Counted from the first letter of the stretch, positions 1-9,295 are shown. The stretch: 22,976 nt of DNA from Pseudomonadota bacterium (GCA_031416315.1 JANOTL010000131.1:1-22976); one strand, 5' to 3'. Numbers and translations are program-made. The notes: generated by a model from the sequence alone, not told the origin.

Positions 1-1080
1 CACCGGGGGACGCCTCCAGCATTTCTATTCGATCTGGTACCTCAAGGAGAGCCTCTCAAACGGGTCCTTCAGCGCTATGGCTTGAGCGATCCCAAGGACT
101 GGTACGCGATCCTCGCCACGGCACCCCTCGCCCCCCCCGGAAATATTCGCATCAAGGAGCCGTGGGTCGAAATCGATAGGCAGCGCGAGACATACGCGCA
201 TGCTGGATTCACGCGCGCCGACATCACCGAGCGCAACCGCGACTTCATCGACTACATGGAGCGATCGGGCGCGCCGATTGGCGGTACGAGCGGCGCCGGC
301 GGCGGCTCGCCGAAGTTCATGCTGCGCGAGGACCGCCATGGACGCTTACACGCAGAAGGCCTTCTCAAGGACGAGAAGACTGTAAGAGCGATTCTCGTCA
401 AACTTCCCTACACCGACTCCGAGAACTCGAGAACTTTGGCGCACGTCGAAAAGATTTACTACGACATCCTGCGCTCATTGCCGCTCAATACCGGCGCACC
501 GCTCGAAATCGAAGGCGAGACGCTCTTCATCACCCGCTTCGACCGAGTTCGACACGCGGATGGCTCGCTTCGCTATCTCGGCCTCGAAAGCCTCTACTCT
601 GCCCACGGCGTCAGCACATATGGCGCTAGGCTTCGTCATGAAGACAACATCGAGCTCCTATTGAGAGTCTCGACGGTCGCGTCAGAGGACATTCTTGACT
701 ACTTGAAGCGCGATCTGGTCAACCAGATGCTTGCCAATACGGACAATCACGGGCGCAACACGTCCTTGATCAAAGGTAACGGCGTCGTTCGACTCTCGCC
801 GATCTACGACGTCACGGCGATGCAGTTTTTCACGGGCGACATCATCACCGAATTGACGACTTGGGATGATCCCCATCGCCCGCTTAGGCCGCGCCTAGAG
901 TGGATCGCAGCGGCGACCAAAATTCCCTACCAACAGGTCTCGACCTCTCTCAAAGAGCTTGGAAGACACACAAAGTCTCTCGAAACTCAAATGCGCGATG
1001 GCGGAGTGCCCCAGAGCATCATTGAAAGGTCTCGAGACCGCCGCCAAGCAGCCCAGGGCGAATTGGAGAGCCTGCCGTGA
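1..1080 (+). CDS. hipA: HipA-family Ser/Thr kinase toxin (5' end outside window)
   Basis: Frame 1 is open from base 1 (HRGTPPAFLFDLVPQG, HipA N-terminal motif). Gly-rich loop SGAGGGSPK, RFDR, catalytic NTDNHGRN and LSPIYD are present. Confidence 0.9.
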   Translation, partial: HRGTPPAFLFDLVPQGEPLKRVLQRYGLSDPKDWYAILATAPLAPPGNIRIKEPWVEIDRQRETYAHAGFTRADITERNRDFIDYMERSGAPIGGTSGAGGGSPKFMLREDRHGRLHAEGLLKDEKTVRAILVKLPYTDSENSRTLAHVEKIYYDILRSLPLNTGAPLEIEGETLFITRFDRVRHADGSLRYLGLESLYSAHGVSTYGARLRHEDNIELLLRVSTVASEDILDYLKRDLVNQMLANTDNHGRNTSLIKGNGVVRLSPIYDVTAMQFFTGDIITELTTWDDPHRPLRPRLEWIAAATKIPYQQVSTSLKELGRHTKSLETQMRDGGVPQSIIERSRDRRQAAQGELESLP

Positions 1081-1361
1081 CGCTTCTCCGCGACAAAACC
1101 AAACGCAACGCAATTCGGACCACTCTGTACGACCGGTTGAATGGTGCAGGCGTGTCGATCTCCGAGACCGTCAGCACGCTTCGAAAAATCCTCGCTCAAG
1201 ACCAAGCTACGTTCAGCGTTCAGTCGGGAGTGAGCCTGTCGACGCTACGCAAGATCGAACAAGAGGGCGGGAGCGTTTCTTTGGCGACCTTGCGCAAGAT
1301 ACTCGACCGATTTTCTCTCGAGATCGTGGTGCGCGCGAAGCCGAAGACGGCAAAAAGGTGA
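1077..1361 (+). CDS. XRE/HipB-like HTH antitoxin downstream of hipA
   Basis: GTGA overlap with the hipA stop. LRK...QATFS..SGVSLSTLRKIEQ.GGSVSLATLRKIL is an XRE HTH pattern. Confidence 0.85.
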   Translation: MTLLRDKTKRNAIRTTLYDRLNGAGVSISETVSTLRKILAQDQATFSVQSGVSLSTLRKIEQEGGSVSLATLRKILDRFSLEIVVRAKPKTAKR

Positions 1362-1604
1362 AGCGGAACGAGCGATCATTGGCACCGAGGTGCCGTCTAA
1401 ACGAGGCGCAAGCTCGGCAGAATTTCGTCGACGTCTCCACGAACCGCTGGCGGGCTATTTCTTCTTTGCACTAGATTCGGGGAAGACGAGGCGTGTCGCG
1501 CCCCCTTGCGTCGTCGCTGTGACAGGCTCGGGCTCTCGGATCAAGTCCCACGCGAACAGGATCCTGGCGCCTTTTCCTGACGGGAAGATTCGCTGACCAG
1601 GCTA

Positions 1605-1691
1605 CCAGTATGTTGATTATTTTCAACATACTGGAGAACACATTAGAGCTATGATAATCTCCAGTATGTCGAGCTAACGTCAACATACCGG
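1605..1691 (+). promoter_or_regulatory. Two inverted-repeat operators upstream of abiEi
   Basis: IR1 is CCAGTATGTTGA-6nt-TCAACATACTGG (1605-1634, perfect 12-bp arms). IR2 is CCAGTATGTCGA-7nt-TCAACATACCGG (1661-1691). A -10-like ATGATAAT lies between them at 1651-1658. Confidence 0.8.
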
Positions 1692-1702
1692 TCAGAATAA
1701 CA

Positions 1703-2332
1703 ATGGCGAGAGACTTCGAGTTACCAAGGCTACCTAGTGAATTGGATTACAATTATCTAGAGCACTTGCTTAAGAGCTCATTCCGCTATCCGCGCAATAA
1801 GATTGGATCACTCCTCAAGTCAGGCAAGCTCATCCGCGTCAAGAAGGGCATCTACGTCCGTGCGGACGGCGGCTACAGCCTGCCGACCCTGGCGAACATG
1901 ATTTATGGGCCGTCCTACGTCTCGCAGGACTATGCGCTCTCCCTCTACGGACTCATTCCGGAAAGGGTCGAGGCCGTCACGAGCATGACCATCCAGCGGT
2001 CCAAGGAATTTCGGACGCCGGTCGGAACTTTTGTCTATTCGCCGCTGCCGGCGCGCCTCTATCACTTCGGCGTTCAGCACGTCGAGCTGACGCCCACCCA
2101 GACTTATCTCGTGGCGTCTCGAGAGAAAGCGCTCGTCGATACGCTTTGGCGAAGAGTCGACATCGAGTCCGATCGAACGCTCGAAGAGTACCTGGTCGAA
2201 GACCGAAGAATGGATCTCGATGGCATGCGGGAGTTTTCCGTCGGCCGCATGACGGAGCTCGCTAAACAATTCAAAGACCCCACGATCGACGCCCTCGCGC
2301 AAATCGTACGCCGCCGGAAAGACAAAGCATGA
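1703..2332 (+). CDS. abiEi: AbiEi-like type IV TA antitoxin / transcriptional regulator
   Basis: LIRVKKGIY wHTH wing, PSYVS..YALSLYGLIPE and ASREKALVD motifs. ATGA overlap with the AbiEii gene. Confidence 0.85.
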   Translation: MARDFELPRLPSELDYNYLEHLLKSSFRYPRNKIGSLLKSGKLIRVKKGIYVRADGGYSLPTLANMIYGPSYVSQDYALSLYGLIPERVEAVTSMTIQRSKEFRTPVGTFVYSPLPARLYHFGVQHVELTPTQTYLVASREKALVDTLWRRVDIESDRTLEEYLVEDRRMDLDGMREFSVGRMTELAKQFKDPTIDALAQIVRRRKDKA

Positions 2333-3183
2333 ACGACGCGGTCCTCCAACGCCTCAGAATCTATCAGCCAAAGACCGCCGAACTCGAAAAGCAAGGCCTT
2401 CGCGAGATCATTCAGGAGATTGCCCTCCTCGGCCTTTGGCGCAGCAAGTTCTTCGAGCACGCTGCCTTCTACGGTGGAACTGCCCTGCGCATTCTGTACG
2501 GGCTCAACCGATTTTCCGAAGATCTCGACTTCACGCTGACGAAGTCGGATGAAACCTTCGACGTCGCTGCCTATACGAAGGCCGTGCAAACCGAGCTCGC
2601 GGCGTTTGGGTTCGACACGACCGTCGAGAAGAAGACGAAATCAAAGTCGAGCAAAGTCGAATCGGCCTTCATCAAGGCCGACACCCAGGTTCACTTGCTT
2701 CGCGTCGGCTCCAAGAACAAGGTCGCGAAGGGCGAACTCCTCCAGGTTAGATTCGAGATCGACACCGATCCGGCGCTCGGCTTTCGGACGACTGCCGAGC
2801 CGTTCTTCTGGCCGCAGGTTTTTTCCGTCGCGACGTGCGACCTGCCGAGCCTCCTCGCCGGCAAGCTCCACGCCACCTTTTGCAGAGATCGAGTTCAGAA
2901 CGTAAAGGGCCGAGACTGGTTCGATCTCCTTTGGTACGTCGCGCGAGGGACGACACCAAATTTCGAATACCTCGAGAAAAAGCTCCGCCAGAGTGACCAC
3001 TGGCCGGCAGACAAACCGTTTTCACCGCCATCGTTCGTCGCATGGGCCATCGAAAGAGCAAAGTCGGTGGACATCGAGGCGGCCAAGCGAGACGTCGTTC
3101 GCTTTCTTGCCGACCCGAGGACAGTCGATGGCTGGAGCCACGATGCATTCGCCGCCGCGGTCGCTAAGCTCGCACCTCGGTGA
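2329..3183 (+). CDS. abiEii: AbiEii/AbiGii nucleotidyltransferase toxin
   Basis: FYGGTALRILYGLNRFSEDLDF, GKLHA and KGRDWFD motifs. Confidence 0.92.
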   Translation: MNDAVLQRLRIYQPKTAELEKQGLREIIQEIALLGLWRSKFFEHAAFYGGTALRILYGLNRFSEDLDFTLTKSDETFDVAAYTKAVQTELAAFGFDTTVEKKTKSKSSKVESAFIKADTQVHLLRVGSKNKVAKGELLQVRFEIDTDPALGFRTTAEPFFWPQVFSVATCDLPSLLAGKLHATFCRDRVQNVKGRDWFDLLWYVARGTTPNFEYLEKKLRQSDHWPADKPFSPPSFVAWAIERAKSVDIEAAKRDVVRFLADPRTVDGWSHDAFAAAVAKLAPR

Positions 3184-3573
3184 ACGGACGCGACGCGTAA
3201 CTTTTGACGTGCGGATCCGAAGCGAGGTTGCACATTCTGTGAAGCCGCCACCGCGAACGGCCGCGAAAAGTTGCGCCGCTCAACTGTTCCCCACCTGTCC
3301 CGCGGCCCGAAAAAGGCCACAAAACCCGCGAAAACCGAACAAATCACCTGGACTACCTATCTCGCCGAGTTGTTTACCAGATCCATGAATTTCGCAACTT
3401 TACGGCTTTCACTCGGTCGAGTTCAGGGGTCTCACGGCGGCGATCGGGCTGTGCGCCAGGAAGCGCCAGTGGACGGCGTCGTTGACCAATTTCCGAAGTA
3501 GCCCGAGACATCCGGTCAGCGAGCGTCGCCCGTCGGATCTCGATCGTATCGCCAGCCTCGCCCATACATCCAC

Positions 3574-4356
3574 TCACTCCCTGTACCAGCAGCGCGGCCT
3601 GACCTCGGCGTGCTCATCGGGGCCACCACCCTCTCGACATGCGCCGGCGTAGGCGTCGAGGAAGCTGAACATCTCCGAGCTCGGCCGCGTACATAAAGCG
3701 CCGGCCTTGAGCGTATCAAGACGGCATTGTGCGGAGGGATAACCCATCAGCGTCGCGGGGACCGCCTGGGAATCCACCTCGTCGAACCCGAGATCCTCAT
3801 CGTCGTAAATCAGCCGAAAGACCTTTCGCGCGCTCAAAAGCGAGCGAATACACACCTCCGCATCGCTAGCATCATGCGTCTCTTCGCAAGGCCGCCTAAT
3901 CGACTCCGGAACGTCTTGATCGCGAATGACGGCAAAATTGTCGGCGCGCGCGAACACTCGCCGCAAACATTTACTCGTCGCGAAATAGTCCGCCTGGCCC
4001 TCGACGCTGTTCATGGGAAAAGGATAGGGCCGAGTCTCCGGCGCTCCGCCTAAAACGTGGCCGATTTCATGGCAAAGAACGACGGCAAAGGCGTCTTCGT
4101 CCATCGCGCCGGCGAGAAGGCCGCCAAAAAACTCGAACTGCACGACGGTCGCCACACGACCGCCCAGAGCCTGGAAAATGCCGTTGGCCCAATGAAATTG
4201 GATATCCACCGGCAGATGGTGGATCGCCGCGATCTCCCCTTCAAACTCCGCGATCGTCTCGTGGACCAACGCCTCCGCTCGCTCTTCGCTCAACTCTGCG
4301 AGGGCCGCCGGCGAGCCCAGAAGCGAGAGTGCGATCGAGGTCATGATGTGTTTCAC
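3574..4356 (-). CDS. Secreted Cys-rich HExxH zinc metalloprotease-like protein (M48-like)
   Basis: GTG start at 4356 after a GGAGGA RBS; signal peptide; CHEIGHVLGG and SVEGQADYFA (third Zn ligand Glu). Confidence 0.75.
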   Translation of the reverse strand: MKHIMTSIALSLLGSPAALAELSEERAEALVHETIAEFEGEIAAIHHLPVDIQFHWANGIFQALGGRVATVVQFEFFGGLLAGAMDEDAFAVVLCHEIGHVLGGAPETRPYPFPMNSVEGQADYFATSKCLRRVFARADNFAVIRDQDVPESIRRPCEETHDASDAEVCIRSLLSARKVFRLIYDDEDLGFDEVDSQAVPATLMGYPSAQCRLDTLKAGALCTRPSSEMFSFLDAYAGACREGGGPDEHAEVRPRCWYRE

Positions 4357-4491
4357 GTCGATCCTCCGTAGCGCGCATCGCAATTCCTATGTCGTACCCG
4401 CGCACAGTTTGGACTAGCAAGCAGCGAAGTCCGTCACCCGCGGTGGGTTGCGGGCGTCGAATCTGGCAGAGACGGCGCGCCTAGGCTGCGC

Positions 4492-4519
4492 CCGCCGTCC
4501 GCCGTCCGCCGTCCGCCGC
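4492..4519. repeat. Heptamer tandem repeat (CCGCCGT)x~4
   Basis: ccgccgt ccgccgt ccgccgt ccgccgc in a divergent intergenic region. Confidence 0.8.
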
Positions 4520-4641
4520 CCAAACCATAGACGCCTGCGCTTAGACAGCGCCAGCCGGACCAACGCAACCCGGTCATTTCATGGGAATCAGCTGGGCTCG
4601 GATCTTGCTGAAGCCCATCCGCCCGCCCTGGAGTCCAGCCG

Positions 4642-5595
4642 ATGCCGCATCCTTCCATCTTATGCCTCCTCCTCTTGAGCCTAGTCTGGGCCTCGGCCTG
4701 CTCACCGAACGGCCGTACCCCCGTCAGCCGTCTGCGCTGGGACGCGGCGAGCGTCGATGACGAGACGAAGAACACCCACCTCTGGATCGTGAGCAGAAGC
4801 CTCGACATCCTGCGGCGCGACCCGAATGCCGACGTAGAGAGCGCGCTGGTGCGCGCGATGGACGGGCCTCACTGCTCGGCCGCGTGGCGTCGAGGCCTCA
4901 TCGACGCTGATTTCCTCGCGGCCCATAACGGCGGCGCGATGGACCTCGCGATCGGCGCGAGTCCGCTCGATATCGTGGTCGCCGGCGCAACCTGGAAGGG
5001 CCATTTTTACGACCCCGACACCGGACTCAACTATAAGGGTGAAAGCGAGACGACGGCGTACTCGCAGGCCCTTGCGAATGCGGTGGCCGCGAAGGCGGCC
5101 TGGTCCACGCAGGATGACTCCGACTCCATGCGGAGCGCTTGCTATGCTCTTGGGCTCAGCCTGCACTTTGTGACCGATCTGACGCAGCCGATGCATGCGG
5201 TCAACTTCACCTCGATATCCCGACCTCGCGGGCTGCATTCAAACCTCGAGAGCTACGCCACGTCGATCCAGGAAGAGCACCGGCTCGAGGATTGGAGCGG
5301 TCGCCCGACCGGCAGCTCCGCCGACTTCATCGTCACCGTGGCGCGACGCGCGAAGGCGCTTTGGCCCGAGACGCATGCCGCCGTCGCAGCCGCGTACCTG
5401 AAGCAGCAGCCCCAACATCCGCTATGGTGCGGCGACATCACGGCCAGCTCGTTCGCTTTCGCCTCCGCGCAGCAGATCGATCGAGTGCTCTGCTGGGCCG
5501 GAGACGCGGCCGTCAAAGAGAAGATCGGCGCGGCGCTTCGCTTGGCGCAAGAGGCGACGGCACAGTTCCTGTTCCTGATCGGCACCGAGCTCTGA
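4642..5595 (+). CDS. plc: Zinc-dependent phospholipase C (B. cereus PC-PLC / Listeria PlcB family)
   Basis: RLR|W-x12-H (W1/H14), GLIDAD, HFYDPDTG, LGLSLHFVTD..QPMHAVNFT and HSNLE Zn ligands. N-terminal signal ends in a possible lipobox ASAC. Confidence 0.9.
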   Translation: MPHPSILCLLLLSLVWASACSPNGRTPVSRLRWDAASVDDETKNTHLWIVSRSLDILRRDPNADVESALVRAMDGPHCSAAWRRGLIDADFLAAHNGGAMDLAIGASPLDIVVAGATWKGHFYDPDTGLNYKGESETTAYSQALANAVAAKAAWSTQDDSDSMRSACYALGLSLHFVTDLTQPMHAVNFTSISRPRGLHSNLESYATSIQEEHRLEDWSGRPTGSSADFIVTVARRAKALWPETHAAVAAAYLKQQPQHPLWCGDITASSFAFASAQQIDRVLCWAGDAAVKEKIGAALRLAQEATAQFLFLIGTEL

Positions 5596-5751
5596 GGTCG
5601 GAGCTGAGTCTCGGGCGATGGAATCAACGCGAAAAGGCCCGCCGCAGCGCCGAGGATTCGGGTAAATTTCGAGTAATTTCAGATTTTTGCGATCACCGCT
5701 TCAGCGAAACTCGGCCTCGACCGATAAGGACGGACATCCCGGAGGATCGCG

Positions 5752-7149
5752 GTGAGCCCGAAAATGAACAAGCGCGAGTTCATGCGCCTAAGTGCGGGCG
5801 CATTCACGATGGCGCTCAACGGCCTCTGGCTCCCGGCCTGCAAGCCGAAGACACGCTCAGACACCGACCTCAAGTTCCTCAATATGTCGGCGGGCTTCAG
5901 CTGCCCCGGCGTAGACGACCGCAAAATCATGGTCCGCGACAAATATAGCGCCATGATCGATGCGAGCGCCTCGGAGCAGGACGTCGGCGCGATCATCGCC
6001 AAGATGAGCCACCTTCCGGACGTTTACCTCGAGTATCTCGCCGGCACGCAAGGTTTCAAGATCTTCGTCGTCCCACAGTTCCCGGAGCCCTATCCCTGGG
6101 CCGCCGGCCTATGCACCGGGGGGACGGACGGCTCCCCGCCGCAGAAAGTGGAGCTCAAGTCGTTCACGGGCCAAGGCTCCGAACACGTCGCGGCCCACGA
6201 GCTCGGCCACGCCGTGAACACCTTCGTCGACCAGCGCTCGGGCGCGCGCGACCAGGTTCAGGCGCTCTTCTCCGAGATCTCCGGCGGCCAGCACGACGAG
6301 GCGGCGCGCATCTGGGATTACGGCAAACAGAACGTCGCCGAGTTCTTCGCCGTCGCCTTTAGCTCCTACTACTGCACCGAAGCGCGTGCCGACATGAAAG
6401 CCAGCTATCCGACGTGCTTCGCCCTGTTCAGCAAAATCCTGGAGACGCCGCCGGAAGACGTCACGCACACGCCCGGCGCCACACCGACGGGGCCGAAGCC
6501 GCCGGCGGCGTCGAACAAGTCCGCAGCATCGCCCACCGCTCCGACAACTCCCACGCCCGAGCAGGCGACGCCTGGCGACTTCGTGTCCAACGCCGATCAG
6601 GCCACGGGCCAGCCGGGGACAGCCGGCGGCGACGCGGACCTGGCCCAGCTCTTGGCCGGAATTATGGGACTCGCCGGCAACGGCAACAAGAGCAACGGAC
6701 TCGGCCTGAGCGACGCCGACGGCCGCCGCCTCGGGATCGTGCAGCCGCTCTGGCGCCAGTTGAATCCGACGCCCGCGCACCGCACGGCCTCCGAGCCAGG
6801 CTCGGGAGCCTCGATCGTCTTTCGCGTCGGGAGCCCTGTGCGCGTCCTGAAGGCCAGCGACCTGCAAATTCTGATGCTCGTCGACGGCCTCGACAAGCCC
6901 CTAAAGCTCGCCGCGACCTTCGAGCAAGATCGCTACGTCGACCACCTATATAGCGCCCGCGTCATCATGCCTTCGGAGCGGCTCGTGTTCTCCGAGCGCC
7001 TCGACGACCTCGAGCGCAAGGTCACGGTCGTCGTCACCAACCGCGGCGCCGAGATCGGCCGCCGCGAATACGACATGCTCCGCCGCCACGTCGACGGGCC
7101 GATCGCAGACGTCAAGTCCATCTTCACTAAGGCGAACAAAGGTATTTGA
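5752..7149 (+). CDS. Exported lipoprotein with anthrax-LF/PPEP-like (M34) metallopeptidase domain, P/T/A linker and unknown C-terminal domain
   Basis: GGAGGA RBS; Tat-like NKREFM plus LPAC lipobox; HELGHAV followed by YGKQNVAEFFA.AFSSYY. Confidence 0.7.
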   Translation: MSPKMNKREFMRLSAGAFTMALNGLWLPACKPKTRSDTDLKFLNMSAGFSCPGVDDRKIMVRDKYSAMIDASASEQDVGAIIAKMSHLPDVYLEYLAGTQGFKIFVVPQFPEPYPWAAGLCTGGTDGSPPQKVELKSFTGQGSEHVAAHELGHAVNTFVDQRSGARDQVQALFSEISGGQHDEAARIWDYGKQNVAEFFAVAFSSYYCTEARADMKASYPTCFALFSKILETPPEDVTHTPGATPTGPKPPAASNKSAASPTAPTTPTPEQATPGDFVSNADQATGQPGTAGGDADLAQLLAGIMGLAGNGNKSNGLGLSDADGRRLGIVQPLWRQLNPTPAHRTASEPGSGASIVFRVGSPVRVLKASDLQILMLVDGLDKPLKLAATFEQDRYVDHLYSARVIMPSERLVFSERLDDLERKVTVVVTNRGAEIGRREYDMLRRHVDGPIADVKSIFTKANKGI

Positions 7150-7458
7150 GCGCGGTCGCGATTGCAGATCGTGCGCCCCACGTCGCCGTATGCGTTGACG
7201 TCGCCGATTGGCGCTCATTCGCTTTGAGTCGTCTCGAAATCGCCCAGGCCGTCTCGCCGCGCGCAGCCCGGCCCTTCAATGCCGCCTGCGGCCACGACGC
7301 CGCCTTCGCCGACGCAAGCGCAAGAAATCGATATCACGACAAAAAATTGTCTCTTTGGCGCTTCTGACGAAAAACCGCAGGGTCCAGCTCACGATCCGGC
7401 AGAAGGTGCCGAACAGCCCTCTCGACGCCCCCTTCACGCCAAGGACAACGCACGCTCC

Positions 7459-8694
7459 ATGATCGCACGCATCAGACTCATCCCGCTCTCGAGCCTCGTG
7501 GCACTCACCGTCGCCGCCGGAAACGCCCGTGCGCAAGCGCCGGTGCAGATCCAGCAGCTGCTCGATCCCGCGACGCTCGCCGCCTACCGCGAGGACGTGC
7601 CGCGCTTCGGCTACGAGCGACTGAATCAGATCGTCAAGGACGAGGACACGCTCTGGTACGACGACGATGTCATGCCCCCCGCGTATCAGGACACGATCGC
7701 TCCCGACGTGACCGTCGGTTGCCGCGCGAACAGTTTTGGCGCGCAGTTGATCGTGCCGCAGGGGCGCCCGACGTTCAATGCCGCCGGCGACGATTTCGCA
7801 TTCCCATTCGGCGCGACCGCGGGGACCGACAACGCCCGGACGGAGGTCGTCGATTTCCTGAGCCTGCCGAAAGTCGACGGCCGCACGTTGCCGATTGTCT
7901 ATTACATCGAGCGCGGCCAGCGGTCGGGCTTCGGGCTCGTGGAGTGGCGTTGGCTTTACCCGAAGGGCACCGTCTTCGGCGAGATGATCTTCATGCGCGA
8001 CAGCGAGGGACGTCGGGTACCGGTCGAGCTGAGAACCCGCGAAAAGTTCAAGAACGGCTGGGCGATGAACGCGTACCGACCGTTCCCGACCGCGGCGTCG
8101 CTAGCGGCTGCCGTTGCGAAGGCGCGGCCTCAGTATGCGGCCAACCCGGAGCTCGCAACGTTCGTGCGCCACCTGCAGGATCCGACGACGCTCGTCGCCA
8201 AGCGTCTCGCCTCGACGTTCTTCCGCGACGTCTTCACGCAGGACGGCTTCCTCGACGTGCTCCCCGAGACCGGCGATCCGGCGCTGATGCACCAGCTGCT
8301 GACGACCACGCCGTTCGTCACCGCCTTCGCATCGCCTTGGAAAAAGAATGGCGACGCCACGGCTTGGGCCGCCGGCACGAACGCCGCCGACGGGATCGTC
8401 CCGGCCGGCTTCGAGGCCGGGGTGATCGAGGTCGGCGACGTGTCCTGCACGCGCTGTCACGAGGATGCGCTTCGCCCAATTGAGGACTTCGCTCCGGCAG
8501 CCGTGCTTTACGGGGACATTTGGGGCTCCGATCAGATCTTCTCGTTTCACGTCATGGATCCGGCGACCTGTCAGGGAGCCTCGACGGACAACCGCCGTCT
8601 GCGACCGAGCTTTCGCGCGAGCGGCCTGGTTCAGCAGTACGATCCGAAAACGCACGGAGCCGACGTCTATGTCGAATTCAATCCACGCCCCTGA
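7459..8694 (+). CDS. Secreted protein with one c-type heme motif (CTRCH)
   Basis: ATG 7459 after AAGGA; signal peptide ending ARA; long GC3-rich ORF; CxxCH near the C-terminus. Confidence 0.7.
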   Translation: MIARIRLIPLSSLVALTVAAGNARAQAPVQIQQLLDPATLAAYREDVPRFGYERLNQIVKDEDTLWYDDDVMPPAYQDTIAPDVTVGCRANSFGAQLIVPQGRPTFNAAGDDFAFPFGATAGTDNARTEVVDFLSLPKVDGRTLPIVYYIERGQRSGFGLVEWRWLYPKGTVFGEMIFMRDSEGRRVPVELRTREKFKNGWAMNAYRPFPTAASLAAAVAKARPQYAANPELATFVRHLQDPTTLVAKRLASTFFRDVFTQDGFLDVLPETGDPALMHQLLTTTPFVTAFASPWKKNGDATAWAAGTNAADGIVPAGFEAGVIEVGDVSCTRCHEDALRPIEDFAPAAVLYGDIWGSDQIFSFHVMDPATCQGASTDNRRLRPSFRASGLVQQYDPKTHGADVYVEFNPRP

Positions 8695-9295
8695 CGCAAA
8701 GCCGGCCGGCCGCCGTATCGCCGTCGTCGTCGCTGCCCTGTTGCTCGTGACCGGCTGCGGCTTCGCGGGGCTCGAAGCCGACGAAGCGCGTTTCCGTGGC
8801 GACGGCGCCAAGGCGCAAAGCGACGATGCAACCGCGCAGAAAGAAGGTCCCGCGCCTGCCGGTGTCGAACCGACCAGCGGCCACGGGGATCCGGCGCCCG
8901 TCACGACGGCGCTTCCGCCAAGCGCTGACGACGGCCCGGCCAGCCCAGTCAGCTCAGGCGTAGCGGATCAGCCCGACGAGGCCTCCGGCGACCAGCCGCC
9001 GCCCGACCAGCCGGCGCCCGTTGAGCCGGCGGACGATCCGACCAAGACCTCGTTCGCGCGCGACGTTCTGCCGATTCTCATGGTGAAATGCGCCGAGTGC
9101 CACCACGCCGGCTCGCCTCATACGAGCTTCGCCAGCTATCCGTTCCGCGCCGGCGACATGAAGGCCTATGTGGCAGCCCTGCTCGTCGACGCCAAACCGG
9201 ACGCGGCGCGGATGCCGCCGAAGCCGCGGGAGCCGCTGACCGCGGCCGAGTACGGCGTGCTCGCGAAGTGGGCGGCGGATGGGCTGAGGCGCTGA
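8669..9295 (+). CDS. Monoheme cytochrome c lipoprotein (planctomycete cytochrome C-like)
   Basis: ATG 8669 after GGAG; lipobox VTGC; acidic Pro-rich linker; SFARDVLPILMVKCAECH...RMPP...LT..E...L.KW. Confidence 0.8.
   Translation: MSNSIHAPDAKPAGRRIAVVVAALLLVTGCGFAGLEADEARFRGDGAKAQSDDATAQKEGPAPAGVEPTSGHGDPAPVTTALPPSADDGPASPVSSGVADQPDEASGDQPPPDQPAPVEPADDPTKTSFARDVLPILMVKCAECHHAGSPHTSFASYPFRAGDMKAYVAALLVDAKPDAARMPPKPREPLTAAEYGVLAKWAADGLRR

Noticed and set aside
82..1080. TTG at 82 as the hipA start
   Set aside because: The frame is open to base 1 and encodes a conserved HipA N-terminal motif, so the true start is upstream of the window.
1605..1691. CRISPR mini-array or IS ends
   Set aside because: Only two palindromes, with no cas or transposase gene; position fits AbiE operators.
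3184..3570. Possible tRNA remnant, att site, ncRNA or small ORF (3271-3501)
   Set aside because: No cloverleaf, T-loop or repeat partner found; the ORFs lack an RBS and recognisable motifs.
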